Below, piece after piece: positions 26,213 through 32,000 of a stretch of DNA of 32,000 bases. The notes under the pieces are model-generated. The model did no database searches and was not told the DNA's origin. It worked only from the letters and a program-made list of their open reading frames with translations. The DNA is from Promethearchaeota archaeon. GTDB lineage: Archaea; Asgardarchaeota; Hermodarchaeia; Hermodarchaeales; Hermodarchaeaceae. Position numbers and translations under genes: made by a program. The DNA lies in NCBI GenBank assembly GCA_048938295.1, contig JBHLMI010000016.1:24625-56624 (forward strand), in the 5' to 3' direction. Positions within the stretch are counted from its first letter, which is position 1. The number at the start of each line of letters is the position of its first letter.

Positions 26213-27142
26213 CTAACGACCTGAGGCTTCAATAATACGGGGGATGAGCTCTTCCCACTTCACCGCCATGATATGACAACCCACCGCGTGCGTCGTCTTC
26301 CTCAACTCACGGAGAAACTCACCATAATACTCCACGTTATACTCGGCAATCTTCTCCTTCCGGATCACCTTATCCTCAATGTCCTGAAGCTCTTTGAGCC
26401 GCGTCAACATCGGCTCCGGAATCTTCACACCGGGAACGAATTTTTCCATCCAATCAGCGATTTTAAATGATTTTAGAGGAAAGATGCCGACAAGGGTGGG
26501 GACTTTGACGTGTTTGATGGCTTTCATGAAGGCTTTGGCTTGTTCGATTTCGAAGACGACTTGGGTTTGAGCGAATTCTGCTCCGACGGTTTCTTTGCGT
26601 TCGAGTTTCAGTATCTCGGGCTCGAGGGGGATGGCGCCGGGGTTGATGGCGACGCCAACGTGGAATTTTGGGGGGTTGTGGATTTCGTGTCCGTTGAGGT
26701 CAACGCCCTCATCGGTGATTTTGCGGATCAAGGCGGTGAGGCTGGCGGAATCGAGGTCGAAGACAGGCTTCGCTTCGGGTTGATCACCTAGGCTAGGATG
26801 GTCGCCAGTTAATGCCAAGATGTTAACAATGCCCAGAGCACCGGCGGCAAGCAGGTCCGCGAACATAGCGAGTCGGTTCCGGTCACGGCAGGTCATTTGG
26901 CAGACGGCTTCCAGTCCGGCTTTTTCTTGAATCATATACGAGGGACCTAATGAGTTCATGTAAGCGAAACTCTGGGGGATATCAGTCACGTTGGCGGCGA
27001 CAACATGGCCTACGAGTTTCTTGGCGCCTTCAATGACTTCGTCCATGTCGCCGATTTTTTCGGGTTCAAGTTCACCGGTGTATACGAACTTGCCCGCATT
27101 GATTTCTTCCATGAGTTTGCTGTATGCTTCACGTTTTGCCAT
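26213..27142 (-). CDS. metF: Methylenetetrahydrofolate reductase, MetF (MetVF type)
   Basis: ANVTD, QMTCRDRNR, NILALTGDHP, KPVFDLDS, GAEFAQTQ, GCHIMA. Confidence 0.93.
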   Translation of the reverse strand: MAKREAYSKLMEEINAGKFVYTGELEPEKIGDMDEVIEGAKKLVGHVVAANVTDIPQSFAYMNSLGPSYMIQEKAGLEAVCQMTCRDRNRLAMFADLLAAGALGIVNILALTGDHPSLGDQPEAKPVFDLDSASLTALIRKITDEGVDLNGHEIHNPPKFHVGVAINPGAIPLEPEILKLERKETVGAEFAQTQVVFEIEQAKAFMKAIKHVKVPTLVGIFPLKSFKIADWMEKFVPGVKIPEPMLTRLKELQDIEDKVIRKEKIAEYNVEYYGEFLRELRKTTHAVGCHIMAVKWEELIPRIIEASGR

Positions 27143-27158
27143 AGTGTTTCACCGTCTC

Positions 27159-27815
27159 TTAGATTTCCAGTTTCCGGGGCGATTGGGCGACCCGCCAGTC
27201 ACGGGGTTCACGGTACTTCTTATACAAATCTAGTCGTCCCAGTTTCTTCAGCCGTTCATAGATGAGATACCATGCGCAATCATTCTTGTAGTCCCCGACT
27301 TCACATTTCCCTTCCAACATTCCACCACATGGGCCATTGACTAGCGCTTTGGGGCAGCGGGTCATGGGGCAAATCCCCCCGGTTTCATTGAGTAGACAGT
27401 CTCCGCAGCCTCTACAATATTCGAAGAAGTGTCCAAGTTCTCGGTCCTTTCCTCCCATGCCGAATGTGTCAACAGCAGTAAACACTTTCATATCGGGGAA
27501 TACGTCAATAAGGGTTTGAGGGCCAACGCCACACGCAAGGGAAATCATGGCATCAATCCCTTCTAATTGTGGTCGTAGGGTCGTCGCGACGAGTTGCCGA
27601 TCACATTGTCGCAGCACAATGGTGTGACGCACTTCACCCGGTTCATTGTTCAGCTGACGATGCATCTCAATAAGCTTTGCCAGCATTTCTGTCTGCTTTT
27701 CGCCACCAACCATGTAAATTCCTGAGCATCCATCACATCCAACAATAAGTAGGTTCTCAATACCCTCGACAGTCTTCAGTATTTTTTCGACTGGCATTTG
27801 TTTCGGAATAATCAT
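27159..27815 (-). CDS. metV: MetV, Fe-S/Zn small subunit of methylene-THF reductase
   Basis: GCDGC, RQCD, ACGVG, CRGCGDCLLNETGGICPMTRCPKALVNGPCGG, DCAW; directly upstream of metF. Confidence 0.92.
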   Translation of the reverse strand: MIIPKQMPVEKILKTVEGIENLLIVGCDGCSGIYMVGGEKQTEMLAKLIEMHRQLNNEPGEVRHTIVLRQCDRQLVATTLRPQLEGIDAMISLACGVGPQTLIDVFPDMKVFTAVDTFGMGGKDRELGHFFEYCRGCGDCLLNETGGICPMTRCPKALVNGPCGGMLEGKCEVGDYKNDCAWYLIYERLKKLGRLDLYKKYREPRDWRVAQSPRKLEI

Positions 27816-27862
27816 TGGTAGTCACCGTAATCAAGCAATCTGGCAACGGTATAGCTTTGACG

Positions 27863-27880
27863 TATATACAATTTTTTCTC
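27863..27880 (-). promoter_or_regulatory. Putative BRE/TATA promoter of metVF
   Basis: Minus strand GAGAAAAAATTGTATATA about 50 nt upstream of the metV ATG, with a GGTGA SD. Confidence 0.5.
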
Positions 27881-28022
27881 CTTCAAGAATGAGATTGAAA
27901 CATCCAAACGTCTTGGTTTTGTTTGCGGTTGTAAGTAGATGGTTTGATGGGTTTTAACGGGTTTTTGTTGAGAACCATTATGCATATAAACAAACCAAAA
28001 CCCGCACCCAGGCACCCACACC

Positions 28023-28289
28023 ATGAGGGGTTCTATGCATTCCGAAGTCCACGAATATGATGAAGAAAATGAAAGTAAGGAAACAGAAGGCCTCGAACAC
28101 CGTATTCCAACTCTCGACGAACTAGACAAATCGGAGATTTCAATGGATTTTCCGAGAAGAGCAGACGAAATTCCATCCTTGAAAAAAACATCGGTTCAGT
28201 TTTGGCAACCTTGTGTTGGGAATAAATCAAGTAGTGACATCCTCTCTTTCAGAAAATGTACGAGGCAAAAATGCTTACTGGTTGTCTAA
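28023..28289 (+). CDS. Possible small acidic protein (88 aa), unknown function
   Basis: ATG start with CATATAAA about 35 nt upstream; occupies an otherwise empty intergenic gap; no recognisable domain. Confidence 0.3.
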   Translation: MRGSMHSEVHEYDEENESKETEGLEHRIPTLDELDKSEISMDFPRRADEIPSLKKTSVQFWQPCVGNKSSSDILSFRKCTRQKCLLVV

Positions 28290-28640
28290 GACTTGGGTAA
28301 TTGTTCGGAGGAGTTGGGCAAACCGTACGGGCTTTATCAGGAACGAGACCGCTCCTGCTTCTAGCGCCTGTTTTCGGGCGGTTTCGTCAGCGCTTAAAAA
28401 GATGATTTTGCTCGCGGGATCAATGATCCGAATTTCTTTAGTGGCAGTTACGCCGTCCTTGATGGGCATACGGTAGTCCATCAATAGTACGTCTGGTCGA
28501 GGGTTGAGGGCTCCAAATAGTTTCACGGCTTCGTCGCCATCGAAGGCGCTGCCGACCACATTGAATCCTTTCATCGAGAAGAAAGACCGATACACCCGAT
28601 GGAGGTTCTCATCGTCATCAACGATAAAAATGGAAATTAT
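28275..28640 (-). CDS. Stand-alone CheY-like response regulator (probable ATA start)
   Basis: ISIFIVDDDENL, DVLLMDYRMPIKDG, IIFLSA, FLIKPV. The ORF-track start (28595) omits the acidic pocket. Confidence 0.85.
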   Translation of the reverse strand: MISIFIVDDDENLHRVYRSFFSMKGFNVVGSAFDGDEAVKLFGALNPRPDVLLMDYRMPIKDGVTATKEIRIIDPASKIIFLSADETARKQALEAGAVSFLIKPVRFAQLLRTITQVLDNQ

Positions 28641-30115
28641 TCTTGTTCCCCCCTTGGTAAGAGCACAACAAAGTTTGCTCCTTGTGTGTGGTCACCAGTA
28701 ACCCGATCTTCGACCCAAATCTCACCGCCATAACGTTGGAGGATCCGCTGAACCAGTGTTAATCCTATTCCCGACCCACGTACTCCTTCTGGTCCGTTGG
28801 GGTACCGGTTGAAAATCCGTTTCTTCTCCGAATCGGGTACACCTGGCCCTTGGTCCTGCACTTCGACTTTCACAAAGTTATTCGTACTTTTTTCACTGGC
28901 TTGCACTTCGATTTTGACCATTGGATTGCGATCCATCTTCGCAGCATTATGAAGGATGTTGAAGAATAACTCCGTGAGGAATCCATCGCTGTAGACCCAA
29001 TAGGTTTGGTCCTGTATGTTTGTAGACAAGAATATCTGTTTATTCGGAAATGCCCTTTCGACGGCACGGACTGCAGCATGAAATGGAGGCGAAAGATCGC
29101 GTGTCGATAATCGGCGGGGTTCAGTTTCCAAGGATTGGAAACGTTTAACATTTGTTATCAATTCGGCGCTACGTTCCACTTGATTGAGTGAAGCCTCTAG
29201 TCCTTCACGAAGATGTTTTGGAAGCTGTTCATCGCTTTCGATGAGCTCCAAGGTCATCATGATACCTTGGTTAATGTTGTTCAAGTCATGGGCCATTAGG
29301 TCGACGAGGAATTCAGACCGTTGGTGGGCTGTTGACAGTTTGATCTCAGCTTCCTTTCGTTTAGTGATGTCTTCCAGGCTTCCCTCATAGCAGTAGATTT
29401 CTCCATTGGTATTCCGGATCGCTCGGGTGTTTAGTTCAATCCATATGATCTCCCCATCTCGACGTTGAAACTGAACTTCGAAACCTCGGACAACTTCCGC
29501 CTTTTTAATATGTGCTTCAAATTGTTTCCGCACTTCTGCATTGACATAGAATTCGGAGGCTTTGTGTTTCAGTAGCTCTTCTTTTGACTCAAAGCCAAGC
29601 ATTTCGACTAAGGCTGGATTGATATCGTGAATTTGTCCTTCTGGAGTTGTCCTGTACAGCCCCACAGGGACACTATCAAAGAGACTGCGATACTTTGCCT
29701 CTGATTCTTCTAAAGCGTGCTGTGTCTCTTTCCAATCAGTGATATCGATTCCAATTCCAAAAATTTCAGCGACTTCTCCTGCCTCATCCGTGATGAAGGT
29801 GTTATTCCATCGCACGAGGCGCTGTTCGCCTGATTTGGTTATCCAATGAACTTCTGGCGAATATGCTGGCGTTTTTCCTTGCACTAGATCCTGGAATCGA
29901 ACCATCAGCTTTGATCGTTCATCCTCAGGAATGAATAACTCAACAATATTTTTCCCAAGCACTTCCTCTGAAGAGTAACCTGTAACCTCCTCGCAACGCC
30001 TGTTAAAGAGCGTTATACGACCCTGCGTATCCACTCCCACCACCAAAGCACCAGTCGCATCAACAAGACGACTAAACCTGTCTTGTTTCTTCTGAATCTC
30101 CTTCATTGGCGACAT
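28637..30115 (-). CDS. Cytoplasmic PAS-PAS sensor histidine kinase
   Basis: Two PAS/PAC domains, H-box AHDLNN, N-box NILHNAAK, G1 DQGPGV, G2 GSGIGL; no TM segment; AGGAGG SD. Confidence 0.95.
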   Translation of the reverse strand: MSPMKEIQKKQDRFSRLVDATGALVVGVDTQGRITLFNRRCEEVTGYSSEEVLGKNIVELFIPEDERSKLMVRFQDLVQGKTPAYSPEVHWITKSGEQRLVRWNNTFITDEAGEVAEIFGIGIDITDWKETQHALEESEAKYRSLFDSVPVGLYRTTPEGQIHDINPALVEMLGFESKEELLKHKASEFYVNAEVRKQFEAHIKKAEVVRGFEVQFQRRDGEIIWIELNTRAIRNTNGEIYCYEGSLEDITKRKEAEIKLSTAHQRSEFLVDLMAHDLNNINQGIMMTLELIESDEQLPKHLREGLEASLNQVERSAELITNVKRFQSLETEPRRLSTRDLSPPFHAAVRAVERAFPNKQIFLSTNIQDQTYWVYSDGFLTELFFNILHNAAKMDRNPMVKIEVQASEKSTNNFVKVEVQDQGPGVPDSEKKRIFNRYPNGPEGVRGSGIGLTLVQRILQRYGGEIWVEDRVTGDHTQGANFVVLLPRGEQE

Positions 30116-30220
30116 GGACGATTCCTCCTGTCAAGAGGGAGCAGGTGAGCTGCGTATCCCAGGAAAAAGTACTCGTTCCTGTTTGGCTTCAAACCCCGCA
30201 ATCAATCCAGCTCAATGAAC

Positions 30221-30236
30221 GGTATAAAACCTTTTC
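30221..30236 (-). promoter_or_regulatory. Putative BRE/TATA promoter of the kinase-regulator pair
   Basis: Minus strand GAAAAGGTTTTATACC, a near-consensus archaeal promoter, about 105 nt upstream of the ATG. Confidence 0.6.
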
Positions 30237-30282
30237 ATCCATTCTTCCAACAACCGACTTCGTTGTAGATTTTACAACCGCA

Positions 30283-31089
30283 TCAAACTTGGTCTTCTAT
30301 CAGTGATCGGATTAGATGGTCAACTCCGAAGCGTCCCTCCGTATTTGGCAGATACCAGGGTTCAGGAAACCCAAGCAACTCTTTAATCTCGAGCACAGAC
30401 TTCCCCTCTGCAGCGAAATCCTTCACCTGATCACTTAAGGTGGTAAGAAATTGAATCCGCGTTTCAATATGGTCCCAGGGTTCTAAAATAGAACCACGAT
30501 GACCATCAAACAACACTGCAACATCCCGATCTCGGATCTCTTTCATCCGCTGAATCATTTTGGGAATATTTTCTTCCGACATCGACATCTGTTTTCGCGA
30601 TGGAAGTGGCACCGCATCTGCTGAGAAAAACCATTTCCGTTCAGGCTCCCAGAATCCTATCATCTCTTCACAATGCCCCGATAAATCCACAACCTCAAAG
30701 GATAAGTCACCCACCGTGACATAATCCTCAATGAAAGGCTTTCCCTCAGAGACTGGTTCCGGAAGCCCCCACACGAATTGAAAAAATTCTGGCAACGAAT
30801 AGGGTTCACGCAACGATTCTAGCGTAACAGGCCCCGCAAGCACTTCTGCCTTTGGAAGGAACGCCGCACACCCGCCATAATGATCTTCATGGTTATGGGT
30901 CACATAAACCCGCCTTACCGGATGTTCTTGAGCATAGGTCCGTAATTCCTCGACTGCGTTCCAACATCCTGAGTCAAAAATCACGTCTTCAATCTGGTAG
31001 GCGTACACCCACATTATAGCCTGCCCACCCAACGGAGACGCAGTCTTAACACAAGTAACCTCGTCACCGAATCGCTCTAGTTCAATCAT
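30283..31089 (-). CDS. Metallo-beta-lactamase-fold hydrolase
   Basis: IFDSG, THNHEDH (HxHxDH), SGH, SADA, FDGH. Confidence 0.9.
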   Translation of the reverse strand: MIELERFGDEVTCVKTASPLGGQAIMWVYAYQIEDVIFDSGCWNAVEELRTYAQEHPVRRVYVTHNHEDHYGGCAAFLPKAEVLAGPVTLESLREPYSLPEFFQFVWGLPEPVSEGKPFIEDYVTVGDLSFEVVDLSGHCEEMIGFWEPERKWFFSADAVPLPSRKQMSMSEENIPKMIQRMKEIRDRDVAVLFDGHRGSILEPWDHIETRIQFLTTLSDQVKDFAAEGKSVLEIKELLGFPEPWYLPNTEGRFGVDHLIRSLIEDQV

Positions 31090-31198
31090 ATATCCACCAC
31101 AACCTGAAAGGCGCCTGAAGAAACTATCGTATGAGTGATGAATATATATGTGGCTTCAACAACCGCTATCCTACCTTTCCTAGGACAGGTGCCACACG

Positions 31199-32000
31199 AT
31201 GAAAATCGGCGTTCTCCTCTGCAACTGCGGCGACACCATCAACAGCACCCTCGACTACGAAGCCCTCACCACCTTCACCGAAACCCTCCCTCAAGTCAAA
31301 CATGTCGAAACACGCAGCGACTGGTGTCAACACGAACCCCTCCAAGCCCTCACACAAACTATCTCCAAAAAGAAACTAGATCGGCTTGTTATTGCAGCCT
31401 GCAGTCCCCACCTATTTGGCCCTCGCTTCTTCCAAGCCGCTGAAGACGCAGGTATGAGCCGTGGTCAAATCACATTCGCTAATATTCGCGAACACTGCGC
31501 CTGGGTTCACCAAAACGACCCCAAAGGAGCCACAGCTAAAGCCAAACGTCTTATCCGGGCAGCCATATTTCGAAGCGGTGCTCAAAGTCCAATCGTTACC
31601 AAAACCTTTCCCGTCACCCAAGAAGTCTTAGTTCTTGGTGCTGGCATCGCAGGCATCCAGGCCGCTCTTGACCTAGCTGATCGCGGCATCAAAGTCCACC
31701 TCGTTGACAAAGAACCTACCATTGGCGGACACATGGCTGTCCTTAACAAAACATATCCAACTTTAGACTGTTCGATCTGTATTTTAGGTCCCAAGATGGC
31801 GGAGGCGGCAACACATCCGAATATTGAGTTGTATCCGTATACGGATTTAGTGGCTGCTGAACATACTGGTAAGGATTGGTTGCTGACGCTGAACAAGAAA
31901 GCGACCTATGTGGATTGGGATAGGTGCACAGGATGCATGCAGTGTATCGAGAAATGTCCGACCAAAGTTGACGATGATTGGTCGTGGGGGATAGCGAAGC
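31199..32000 (+). CDS. hdrA: Heterodisulfide reductase subunit A family protein, 3' end runs off the window
   Basis: Not in the ORF track. ATG at 31199 is open to the window end: MKIGVLLCNCG, IAACSP, NIREHCAWVH, VLGAGIAG, KTYPTLDCSICILGPKM, CTGCMQCIEKCP. Confidence 0.95.
   Translation, partial: MKIGVLLCNCGDTINSTLDYEALTTFTETLPQVKHVETRSDWCQHEPLQALTQTISKKKLDRLVIAACSPHLFGPRFFQAAEDAGMSRGQITFANIREHCAWVHQNDPKGATAKAKRLIRAAIFRSGAQSPIVTKTFPVTQEVLVLGAGIAGIQAALDLADRGIKVHLVDKEPTIGGHMAVLNKTYPTLDCSICILGPKMAEAATHPNIELYPYTDLVAAEHTGKDWLLTLNKKATYVDWDRCTGCMQCIEKCPTKVDDDWSWGIAK

Noticed and set aside
28260-28289. CaaX-like end (KCLLVV) of the small ORF, tempting given the prenyltransferase-repeat gene
   Set aside because: The Cys is fifth from the end, not fourth. 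The ORF is doubtful, and the barrel protein is extracellular and lacks the Zn ligands.
31740-31790. Possible selenocysteine in HdrA (DCSIC region) or elsewhere
   Set aside because: Both codons are TGT. No in-frame TGA interrupts any recognised gene, so the nearby hairpins were not called SECIS elements.
1-32000. CRISPR arrays, IS elements, rRNA genes
   Set aside because: No regularly spaced repeats, transposase or integrase ORFs, or rRNA-like sequence found; nearly all of the window is accounted for by recognisable genes.

Overview
Gene-dense archaeal chromosomal window, most consistent with an Asgard archaeon (inferred from rps26e, hdrA, metVF, cofD, a CINP/C1orf109-like protein and a giant membrane protein with a longin-like tail). 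It is mostly housekeeping and metabolic: serS (partial), trxB, two PhoU/TrkA-C paralogs, a CDP-alcohol phosphatidyltransferase, PadR, trmY, rps26e, a stand-alone ThrRS editing domain, three alpha-D-phosphohexomutase paralogs with glmU, cysS, cofD with an FbiB-C/FbiE-like nitroreductase, tRNA-Cys, apgM, a nucleoside phosphorylase, an AbrB-PhoU regulator, a core-MetE-like protein, metF-metV, a PAS kinase with a receiver protein, an MBL hydrolase and hdrA (partial). I saw no mobile element or CRISPR array. The best leads are (1) a 236-aa helical protein heading the translation-gene run that resembles eukaryotic CINP/C1orf109 60S-maturation factors, (2) a 1359-aa receptor-like protein (ectodomain, TM, longin-like domain, wHTH-like domain), (3) an archaeal cofD paired with an FbiE-like reductase, (4) a MetE-like enzyme with an HxH zinc site, and (5) a receiver gene that appears to need an ATA start in an ATAA stop/start overlap. 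All family calls come from motif recognition and memory; no database searches were run.
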